Assembly (NCBI GenBank): GCA_024280455.1
Contig: JAJRQC010000003.1
Location: 22,149-46,148 of the forward strand
Origin: Deltaproteobacteria bacterium
GTDB taxonomy: Bacteria > Desulfobacterota > Desulfobulbia > Desulfobulbales > Desulfobulbaceae
Reading direction: 5' to 3'
DNA length: 24,000 nucleotides
In this document: positions 8,718-16,679 of the stretch, piece by piece
Layout of the letters: the number at the start of each line of letters is the position of its first letter
Numbering within the stretch: the first letter of the stretch is position 1
Notes under the pieces: generated by a model
Told to the model about the DNA's origin: nothing
Seen by the model: the letters and a program-made list of their open reading frames with translations, nothing else
The model's database searches: none
Made by a program: the position numbers and the translations under genes

Positions 8718-10591
8718 GTGCCCATGCACAATGGATTCACCTCGTATCTCCTGAGTTATGACGGCAGCGGTACACCTGCGCTGGTCGAACACAACCACCC
8801 CTTGCACCCGGACAAGCCTTTCAGCCTCGATAGCGCTTACGATCAAATTTTTCTGACCAGCGGGTTTTCCTCCCTTTGTGCCGAAACAACGCTGCCTCTG
8901 TCCCCGACTCTGCAGCTTAACGGTGACCTGGGCGACTTTTCCCTGGACCAGCTTGGCATGATTGGCCGGGCTGAACTTGACCGCCATACAGGAACACAGT
9001 ATCGCAGCCTGATCAGCAAGGCAAACCCCAAAGTTATAGTCCTTGGCGAATCTGCCGATGAGCTTGATGAGTTCATTGACACCTACGGCGGAGTTCTTGA
9101 GATAACCGGCCTTCTCAGCCGGGGAATGCACCCTGAATTCACCACCGCCGGCGAACTAAATATCCAGCAAAAAAAAGACAGGGTATGCCTTGATTTTTTA
9201 GTCCGAACGCCGGTCAACCTTTCGCTTTGTACCTACTGCGGCAACTGTGGTCCGGCCTGTCCTGAACAGTGCATTGATGAGTATCTCTTTCTTGAGCTGA
9301 ACCGTTGCACCTTCTGCAATGCATGTCTGACGGCCTGCGCTGCAGATGCCATTGATCTGCATGGCGTGGAACGACGCGCTATTGAGACCCCTGCCCTGCT
9401 GATGCTTACCACAGAGGTAGAGCTGCCTGAGGGCAGTGATGTAATCTTTGATAAAGAAAATCTCCCTGGCCTCTTTGCCTCTATCTTTGCCGGCCGGATC
9501 GATGAAACCGTGCTCTGCAACAACCAGCTCTGCCAGTACAGTGGGCAGCATGATCGTGGCTGCACCCTCTGCATCCAGGCCTGCAGGCACAACGCGATAC
9601 AACAGGACAGTACCGGTACCCAGATTGATCAGCAACGCTGCCTGGAGTGCGGAGCCTGTATTGCAATCTGTCCCACAGGCGCAATCCAGTCTCTTCACTT
9701 TACCGACCGCAACTTTATTCCCTACTGGAAAAACATTGCGATTGAGCCCGGCGGTTCAATCGTCATTGGTCCTGAACACCTCCTGCATACATTCTGGTGG
9801 AAAAACCGTAATCGTACATTTCCCCGCACCTTCTTTCTTGAGCACCCGGTTCCCGGATCACTGACCAGCATGCATTTCCTGTTCCTTCTCTCTCTTGGGG
9901 CGGGCCAGGTACTGCTGCTCACAGAAGATGCAGAGCATCAGGTTCCAGCCAGACAGATGGAGCAGGCAAATGCTCTGTATACAGAACTTTTTGACCGGCC
10001 TGAGCCGATACGGAGGGTAGAGCCCGGAACCCTTGCCCCTCTCCTGCTGCCGGAGTTCAGGAGCCCGCTTACACTATTTAACAAGGATTTCTCCTGTACA
10101 GGCCGAAGGGAAAAGTTACTCTCGATACTGAGTTCTTCCTGCTGCAGGTACCCGGCTCCTACCGGTTCAGCCAGGAACTTTTTTCTGATTTCGGCCGGGT
10201 CAACTGCGACAAGAGCCTTTGTACCCAATGCCTTGCCTGTGTCGGTGTATGCCGGATGCAGGCCCTGACCGCAGACAGTGACAACTTAACCCTGGTGCAC
10301 AGCCCGTCTCGCTGCGTGCAATGCGGACTCTGTGCAGCCATCTGCCCGGAGCAGGCACTGACCATGCAGCCCGGGCTGGTTCTGGATCCAGATTTTTTCG
10401 GCCAGGAGGTATTGGCCCGGGCCGAACCGGTGAAATGCCTCGACTGCGGCAAGGTATTCGGCACCAGGGAGTCATTGACCAGGGTTATGGCAATGCTTAC
10501 AGAGAAAAATATGCTGGACAGCGAAGACACACTCCTCAACTACTGTGAGACCTGCCGGGTTGTCCATCTCTTTGAGGCCCAGGACACATGA
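8718..10591 (+). pseudogene. Large polyferredoxin-like protein (six 4Fe-4S-type Cys motifs plus C-terminal CxxC...CxxC); frame broken by a 1-nt deficit near 10108-10115
   Basis: ORF-track pieces 8718..10268 (frame 3; GTG start, alternative ATG at 8724) and 10256..10591 (frame 2). Motifs: CTYCGNCGPACP, CTFCNACLTAC, CTLCIQAC, CLECGACIAICP, CTQCLACVGVC, CVQCGLCAAICP, then CLDCG...CETC. Frame 2 is open from 10082 and reads protein-like (VTLDTEFFLLQVPGSYRFSQELFSDFGRVNCDKSLCTQC). The frame-3 tail (SARNFFLISAGSTATRAF...) looks like out-of-frame junk. Confidence 0.6.
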
Positions 10592-11226
10592 GCCGGCTTG
10601 CTGAAATATCCGATCGTGACCTTATCCTGGTCCGCCTGCGCTTTCTGGATCTTTTAAAATCTTTTTTTATTGAAGAACCCGATGCGGAGAGAATGAGTCG
10701 GTGGCGTGGTATTTTTGCAGCTCTTGGCAAGGAACGGATCAACCGGCAGCTTGATGATGCAATCGAAAAACTTGCTGAGAACCTGAACAAAAAGGATCTA
10801 CAGGATCTTAGAGATGAGTACTACGCTCTTTTTACCGATCCCTACAGCCGACAGTTGCTGCCCTTAAACGCGACCTACTACCTTGACGGGAAGAGCTTTG
10901 GCCCGAGCCTTGTCGACTATCGCGAACTTTTAAAGCAGGCCCGGCTGATCAAAGACGGCAGCATCACCGACCCTGAAGACTCGCTTCCCCTGATGCTTGA
11001 CACCCTTATCGCCCTTATTGAAGAGGAGAAACAGGGGGCGGGGGAACAGACAAGAGGCCTGCAGAAACAACTGTTAGAGCACTTTTTAATTCCCACGACC
11101 GCAAAACTTCTTACTGCGGTCGAGAACAACAGTATAGCTGATTTCTTTTGTTCCTGTATAGCATTTCTCGAAGCCTATCTTGATCTCGAGAAGGGGCTTT
11201 TTGAGAGTGTTGACGATCCACGATAA
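10588..11226 (+). CDS. TorD/DmsD-family redox-enzyme maturation chaperone
   Basis: 212 aa. ATGA overlap with the upstream gene. All-helical composition with the family-typical EYYALFTDPY block. Sits directly upstream of a Tat-exported molybdoenzyme operon. Confidence 0.7.
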   Translation: MSRLAEISDRDLILVRLRFLDLLKSFFIEEPDAERMSRWRGIFAALGKERINRQLDDAIEKLAENLNKKDLQDLRDEYYALFTDPYSRQLLPLNATYYLDGKSFGPSLVDYRELLKQARLIKDGSITDPEDSLPLMLDTLIALIEEEKQGAGEQTRGLQKQLLEHFLIPTTAKLLTAVENNSIADFFCSCIAFLEAYLDLEKGLFESVDDPR

Positions 11227-11387
11227 ATATATACGGTCTCCAGGGTGGTCCTGGTTGAACCTTGGTAAATGAGTCCGCATACCAGCGAGACACGCAGGGT
11301 GAATTCATCCTACATTTAAAATGAATTAAAATCAGTTGATTAGATGTCAGCCTAATATTTATTTACTATTGACAGAGGCATCTGACC

Positions 11388-11467
11388 CGTAGGAGCCCGC
11401 CCCTGCGGGCGATCATGCGGCAATATGTTGTTTTTAGCTACAATCGCCCGCGGGGCGGGCTCCTACG
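11388..11467. repeat. REP-like inverted repeat pair (two GC-rich palindromic units in opposite orientation)
   Basis: Left arm CGTAGGAGCCCGCCCCTGCGGGCGAT (11388-11413). Right arm ATCGCCCGCGGGGCGGGCTCCTACG (11443-11467). They are reverse complements apart from a 1-nt indel. Each arm is itself a small hairpin (GCCCGC...GCGGGC). The spacer is 29 nt. Confidence 0.55.
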
Positions 11468-11676
11468 TGGGCAGGATAGTATTCAAAAAATGAATAATTC
11501 CACGAATTAGGTCAGTAGCATAAATTTACCGTGGCGAGACACGTCATCTGAAACCCGAAACCTTTATAAACCAGCATGGCTGGACCAGATTTTTAACGTC
11601 ACAGCCACAACCAAGGATGAAAATAGCCTGAATCAGCGTACTTCGTGGGCGATTTTCGGATAAAAGGAGGAAAGGT

Positions 11677-11865
11677 ATGCAGCAAAATGAAGACAGCAGG
11701 CGATCCTTTCTCAAGCATGTACTTGCCGGTTCAGCAATAGTAGCCGGCACTGCACTGACTGGGAAGCAGGCAAAGGCTCGGGGGCAAAAGGAGGTTAAGC
11801 GTCCTCAGGAAATGTTGTACAGAGAGACTGAGGACTTTAAAAAGTATTACGAATCATTGCGTTAA
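11677..11865 (+). CDS. Small twin-arginine-signal protein of the 'formate dehydrogenase region TAT target' type
   Basis: 62 aa. Strong SD (AAAGGAGGAAAGG) ends about 2 nt before the ATG. SRRSFLKHVLAGSAIVAG is a Tat signal. The C-terminal YRETEDFKKYYESLR fits the conserved Y-[HRK]-x-[TS]-x-x-[IVF]-x-x-[YF]-Y tail I recall for that family. Confidence 0.7.
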   Translation: MQQNEDSRRSFLKHVLAGSAIVAGTALTGKQAKARGQKEVKRPQEMLYRETEDFKKYYESLR

Positions 11866-11887
11866 TCCGTAAATGAGGAGAATTAAA

Positions 11888-14680
11888 ATGGCGCAACGAA
11901 AAATCCGTATTTCCCCTGATCAAGGAACAAAGACCGAAAGCATAACCCTGAACCCAAAGGTTGCCCGACGTTCGTTTCTTAAATTATCAGCTGCAACCGC
12001 TGCACTGACCGGCGTGGCCATGACCACCCGGATGACGGCAAAGGCCGCCACGCCTGCTGCCGTCAAAGAGGCCTATCCCGACTCAACAATGATTCGCTCC
12101 ATTTGCACCCATTGTGCCGTCGGCTGCGGAATCAACGCTGAGGTACAAAATGGCGTATGGGTCAGACAGGAAGTAGCTCAGGATCATCCCGTCAGTCGCG
12201 GCGGCTACTGCTGTAAAGGCGCTTCGGCAATCGACATGGTCACCAGTGAAAAACGACTCAAGACCCCGATGAAACGGGTGAATGGCAAATGGCAGAAAAT
12301 CACCTGGGACCAGGCCATGGATGAGATCGCCACCAAGCTGAACTCCATCCGGGACAAGGACGGGCCCGATGCTCTGCACCTAAACGGCAGTGCCAAGGTC
12401 TCCACCGAGATGGCCTATCTGCAAAGGAAATTTGCCGCGTTCTGGGGGAGCAACAACGTTGACCACCAGGCCCGTATCTGACACTCCACAACGGTGGCAG
12501 GTGTCGCCAACACATGGGGTTACGGGGCAATGACCAACAGTCTCAACGATATGAGGCATGCCAAATCACTGATCTTTATCGGATCCAACGCCGCTGAAGC
12601 GCATCCGGTCTCCATGCAGCATATTCTGCATGCAAAGGAGGTCAACAATGCACCGATTATCGTGGTAGACCCGCGCTATACCAAACTTGCAGCCAAGGCG
12701 GATGAATTTGTCCGCATTCGCCCGGGCACGGACTGTATTTTTATCATGGGCCTTATCAACGAAGTTATCCAAAAGGGCTATCAGGACAAAGAATTTATCC
12801 GCACCCGAGTTGCCGGGTATCCGGCAATGGCGGAAGTCGCCGCTAAATACACCCCCGAAGAGGTCGAAAATGTCACCGGTATTCCGGCGGCACAGACCAT
12901 AAAAGTCGCCAAGATCCTGGCCATGAACCGGCCGACCTCACTGACCTGGTGCATGGGCGGAACCCAGCATTCCATTGGTTCGTCCATTACCCGTGCCTTC
13001 TGTATTCTCCAGCTGGTACTCGGTAATATGGGTAAATCAGGAGGCGGGACCAATATTTTCCGTGGTCATGACAATGTTCAGGGCGCAACCGACATGTGTG
13101 TTCTGTCGCACACCCTTCCCGGTTATTATGGCCTCAGTGACGGGTCCTGGAAACACTGGTGCCGGGTCTGGGACGTGGACTACGACTATATCAAGGGACG
13201 GTTCAAGGAGAAAAAATGGATGAATGCCAAGGGGTTCACTCTTTCCCGCTGGTATGAAGGTGTTCTCCAGGAGGAAAAAATTGAACAGTACACGCCGATC
13301 AAGGCCATGATCCAGTGGGGTTGCGGCTCTAACTCCAACTCTCAATACAACAGAGTGGTCAAGGCCTACAATAAACTTGATCTCTTTGTCATTGTCGATC
13401 CCTTTCCAACCATGGCGGCAGCTACCTGCACCACGGATAATGTCTATATTCTGCCCTGCTCCAGCCAGTACGAAACCTCGGGCTCGGTGACTTCGACTTC
13501 ACGCCAGATCCAGTGGCGCTACAAGATCGTTGAACCGGTAAACGGCTGCCGGGACGATTACACCATCATGAAAGACCTGGTTGACCGGCTTGGTTTTGCC
13601 GATCAGTTCTACAAAAACATTAAAGAGGTGCCCGAAGACATAACCCGCGAGATCAACAGAGGCACATTGACCATCGGCTACAACGGCCAGACCCCTGAGC
13701 GGATCAAAAAACACATGGACAACTGGCACACCTTTGATATTGAAACCCTGCAGGCCAGAGGCGGCCCATGCGACGGAGATTACTTCGGTATGCCCTGGCC
13801 CTGCTGGACCGAGGAGCATCCCGGCACACCGATTCTGTATGACATCTCCAAACCGGTGGCCGAAGGCGGCCTGCCGTTCAGGAACCGGTTCGGCCTTGAA
13901 CATAAATATATTCAAAGCGGACGAACGGAAGACCTGTTGGCGGCCAAAGGGGTATATAATCCCGGCAGTGAGGTTAAGGGGGGCTATCCTGAGTTCAAGG
14001 ATGTTGTTCCGGGCACAAACTGGAAGACCGACCTCTCCCAGAAAACCATCAAAGAGGCTATTAAGCGAGGGATGGCACCATTTGGCAATGCCCGGGCCCG
14101 CTGCGTGGTCTGGAACTTCCCGGATCAGATACCAATCCATCGTGAGCCGCTCCACTCACCGCGACCCGACCTGATCCAGAAATATCCGACCTACGAAGAC
14201 AAACCCAACCATTACCGGGTATTCACCAGGTTCAAGAGTGAACAGAACCCGGATCTGGCGGCGAAGTTCCCGTTTGTCCTTACCACCGGCCGTATGGTTG
14301 AGCATATGGGTGCCGGTGCTGAAACCAGAAGCAACAAATATCTCTCCGAATTGAAATCGGAGATGTATGCGGAAATCAACCCGGTCGCAGGCAACAACTT
14401 AGGCCTGAGGGACGGTGAGATGATCTGGATCGAGTCACCGGAAGGCGGCAAGGTCAAGGTGAAGGCCTTTTTCACCGAACGGGTTGATGAAAAAACCATC
14501 TTCATGCCGTTCCATTTCGGCGGCGTACTCATGGGCGAATCGCTGGCAGGCAACTATCCTGCAGGGCATGCGCCGTATATCGTGGGTGAACCGGCCAATG
14601 TCTGTACCAACTACGGGTACGATATCGTCACCCAGATTCAGGCAACAAAAGACGGCCTGTGCAAAGTCAGCCGAGCGTAG
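11888..14680 (+). CDS. fdhA: Formate dehydrogenase alpha subunit (Mo/W-bis-PGD), Tat-exported, selenocysteine at TGA 12479-12481
   Basis: ORF-track pieces 11873..12481 and 12494..14680 share a frame and are separated only by TGA. Reading through gives [25 protein letters not shown], the FDH active-site Sec/Cys context. Tat signal [16 protein letters not shown]-terminal FeS motif CTHCAVGCG...CCKG. GAGGAG at 11875-11880 favours the ATG at 11888 (alternative 11873). About 930 aa. Confidence 0.9.
12482..12520 (+). promoter_or_regulatory. Candidate bacterial SECIS stem-loop immediately 3' of the Sec UGA
   Basis: CAC-U-CCAC [AACG] GUGG-CAG-GUG (12482-12503) can pair. An alternative fold is GGC-A [GGUG] U-(C)-GCC (12496-12508), with a GGU-containing apical loop about 20 nt after the UGA. 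The codon series UGA CAC ... ACG GUG GCA GGU resembles my recollection of E. coli fdhF (UGA CAC ... UCG GUU GCA GGU C). Confidence 0.55.
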
Positions 14681-14692
14681 GAGGGACAATAA

Positions 14693-15280
14693 ATGGGACG
14701 CATGAAATTTTTATGTGATGTCGAGCGCTGTATTGACTGCAGCGGCTGTGTGGTGGCCTGCAAAGAGGGCAACCAGATTCCGGTCGGCGTGAACCGCCGC
14801 CGGGTCATTACCATTAATCAGGGCAAACCCGGTGAAAAATCCATCTCGGTTGCCTGCATGCACTGTGCGGATGCACCATGTATTGCAGTGTGCCCGGTGG
14901 ATGCCATCTACCAGCGCGATGACGGCATTGTCCTGGTCAGCAAGGAAACCTGTATCGGCTGTGGCTACTGTTTTATGGCCTGCCCCTTCGGGGCACCGCA
15001 GTTTCCAAGCGGCCAGGTCTTCGGGGCCCGTGGAGCCATGGACAAGTGCACCTTCTGTGCCGGCGGACCTGAAGAAAACTTCAGTGAAAAAGAGCGCAAG
15101 CTCTACGGACAAAACCGGATCGCCGAGGGTAAGGTACCGCTCTGTGCCGCCATGTGCGCAACCAAGTCTCTGCTGGCCGGAGACGCCGACATTGTCGCCG
15201 ACGTGTACCGGGAACGGGTTTTCAAACGCGGTTCCGGCAGCAATGCCTGGGGCTGGGACAAGGCGTATAAGAAGAAATAG
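14693..15280 (+). CDS. fdhB: Formate dehydrogenase beta subunit (4Fe-4S ferredoxin-type, multi-cluster)
   Basis: GGAGGG SD at 14681-14686. Cys motifs CIDCSGCVVAC, CMHCADAPCIAVCP, CIGCGYCFMACP, CTFC...CAAMC are typical of FdnH/HybA-like subunits. Confidence 0.85.
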   Translation: MGRMKFLCDVERCIDCSGCVVACKEGNQIPVGVNRRRVITINQGKPGEKSISVACMHCADAPCIAVCPVDAIYQRDDGIVLVSKETCIGCGYCFMACPFGAPQFPSGQVFGARGAMDKCTFCAGGPEENFSEKERKLYGQNRIAEGKVPLCAAMCATKSLLAGDADIVADVYRERVFKRGSGSNAWGWDKAYKKK

Positions 15281-15296
15281 GGGTTTAGAGATTTAA

Positions 15297-15513
15297 GCTG
15301 TTTAGGCTAACAGCCTACAGCCTGAACCGCCGCCATCAGCCCTCTCTCGTTCCCACGCTCCGCGTGGGAACGACTCTCTATGAGGTGTAAAAGTTCACCA
15401 GCACCCCATCTCCGTCCGATCAGGCCTCCTTACATAGACGGGCTATAGCTCGTCGGCCTGCTTGAACGGATATAGAGCACTGGTAAACTTTTACAGTACC
15501 AGAATATAGCCCG
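15297..15513. repeat. Cluster of dyad symmetries / REP-like palindromes in the fdhB-fdhC spacer
   Basis: Hairpin A 15297-15321: GCTG-tt-TAGGCT aac AGCCTA-CAGC. Hairpin B 15347-15373: TCGTTCCCACGC tcc GCGTGGGAACGA, 12 bp perfect. Long-range inverted repeat 15386-15401 / 15480-15495: TGTAAAAGTTCACCAG vs CTGGTAAACTTTTACA, 15 of 16. CGGGCTATA at 15439-15447 pairs with TATAGCCCG at 15505-15513. Confidence 0.45.
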
Positions 15514-15551
15514 CTTCGGATACTCTGATGAACTATTACTATAAGGTTATC

Positions 15552-16421
15552 ATGAAACGTATACTCATTCCCGCCTGTATTGCAGCGACCGGAATGGTTG
15601 CCGCAATGGTGTATGCAGGAACCGACCCTGTGATCGTTACTCCAATCGGCGCAGGAACCGGCACCTCTTCGTTTATACAGATGAATGATGCCTTTACCGG
15701 AGACTGGCAGCAGTACGGCCAGACATTTACCAACCTCCAGGCAGGTCTGTTCGATCAGCTGTTTCTCGTCATTCTCACCCTGATTCCCGCCGTATTCCTG
15801 CTCCATTATATCCTGATCGGAGCAAAACACTTTGACCATGAAGGAGAGGATGTCTACTTTTTTTCGTCCACGACCCGCCTGATACACTGGGTTGCAGCGG
15901 TTTCTTTCTCACTGCTGGTGGTGACCGGACTCATGATTATCTTCGGCAAACTGCTCGGAGGCGGAACCCTGATCATGGGCGGAAGAATCGTCCACATCGC
16001 CTCCGCTCTAGTCTTTGCCGTCGCCGCCGTGTTCATGTTCCTGATCTGGCTAAAAGACATGCTGCCCATGCCCTATGACATAGCCTGGCTGTTTATCATG
16101 GGCGGCTACCTGAGTAAAAAGAAAAAACCTATTCCGGCTGGCAAATTTAATGCCGGCCAGAAAATGTGGTTCTGGCTGGCAACGGTGGGTGGACTGGTTA
16201 TGGCCTATACCGGCTGGTACCTGTACACATTCCAGGTAACCACCGACCAGTTGCGGATTTTGGCTATTATCCACAACTTCCTCGGCGCTGCCATGATCGC
16301 CATGTTCCTGGTTCACCTGTACATGTCGATGTTTGCAATCAAAGGGGCGCTCACCAGCATGATAACCGGTTATAAACCAAGAGAAGAGGTTGAAATTCTC
16401 CACAGCCGGTATAAAATATAA
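15552..16421 (+). CDS. fdhC: Formate dehydrogenase gamma subunit (membrane cytochrome b, FdnI-like) with N-terminal signal/periplasmic extension
   Basis: Four TM helices with conserved His residues (RLIHWV, IVHIASA, AIIHNFLG, LVHLYMS). The family-typical PAGKFNAGQK loop is present. TAAGGT SD at 15542-15547 favours the ATG at 15552; the ORF-track start 15528 is the alternative. Confidence 0.75.
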   Translation: MKRILIPACIAATGMVAAMVYAGTDPVIVTPIGAGTGTSSFIQMNDAFTGDWQQYGQTFTNLQAGLFDQLFLVILTLIPAVFLLHYILIGAKHFDHEGEDVYFFSSTTRLIHWVAAVSFSLLVVTGLMIIFGKLLGGGTLIMGGRIVHIASALVFAVAAVFMFLIWLKDMLPMPYDIAWLFIMGGYLSKKKKPIPAGKFNAGQKMWFWLATVGGLVMAYTGWYLYTFQVTTDQLRILAIIHNFLGAAMIAMFLVHLYMSMFAIKGALTSMITGYKPREEVEILHSRYKI

Positions 16422-16453
16422 GCTGACGGTTGAATTCATTCCCTCGTTTTTTT

Positions 16454-16484
16454 AAGCGGGTCCTGTATGGGCCCGCTTTTTTTT
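16454..16484 (+). terminator. Rho-independent terminator of the fdh operon
   Basis: AAGCGGG-tcctgtatggg-CCCGCTT stem (can extend with CC/GG), followed by an 8-T run, 33 nt after the fdhC stop. Confidence 0.75.
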
Positions 16485-16490
16485 ACCCGA

Positions 16491-16655
16491 ATATTTCACA
16501 AAGGTCGTCGCGAAAATGCTTAGGGTGCCGGAGATTCAGCGTTTCGCGCAGGAAATTGTTTGCAGGCATATTGGCAATATATCGAAAACGATTTCCAAGA
16601 GAAACGCTGAAGATTCGGCGCGTTAAGCATTTACAGCAGACCGCTTGTGAAATAT
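16491..16655. repeat. 165-bp long imperfect hairpin / MITE-like element
   Basis: Terminal inverted repeats ATATTTCACAA (16491-16501) / TTGTGAAATAT (16645-16655) are perfect. Inner perfect helices: AAATGCTTA/TAAGCATTT and TTCAGCGTTTC/GAAACGCTGAA. The 55-nt arms (16491-16545 vs 16601-16655) match at 38 of 55 positions ungapped (about 70%). The centre also self-pairs (GGAAAT...ATTTCC). No coding potential. Confidence 0.5.
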
Positions 16656-16679
16656 GCGGGTTAATCATGGATATTTTTT

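Noticed and set aside
11241-11255. CCAGG-gtggt-CCTGG hairpin after the TorD-like gene as a terminator.
   Set aside because: The stem is only 5 bp and no T-run follows. This is insufficient for an intrinsic terminator call.
11369-11374. Perfect TTGACA -35 hexamer in the fdh upstream region.
   Set aside because: No acceptable -10 hexamer lies 16-19 nt downstream; the region there is the GC-rich REP-like arm. An isolated hexamer match is expected by chance.
11285-11543. Exact 10-nt direct repeat GCGAGACACG at 11285-11294 and 11534-11543 as a possible regulator-binding pair.
   Set aside because: A single 10-mer recurrence within a 450-bp region has roughly a 10% chance expectation. The flanks are not similar and there is no dyad symmetry.
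258-15112. Many long antisense or off-frame ORFs in the track, for example 258..605 -, 615..995 -, 2730..3389 -, 3161..3799 +, 4629..5132 -, 9198..9698 -, 13499..14155 -, 14711..15112 -, 19509..20134 +.
   Set aside because: They lie entirely inside strongly supported genes on the other strand or frame. Their translations are low-complexity (rich in R, P, G, S, A) with no recognisable motifs. This is the shadow-ORF pattern expected in moderately GC-rich coding DNA.
15420-15887. 155-aa minus-strand ORF covering the fdhB-fdhC spacer and the start of fdhC.
   Set aside because: It is antisense to the well-supported cytochrome b gene, begins in repeat-rich spacer and shows no motifs. Treated as spurious.
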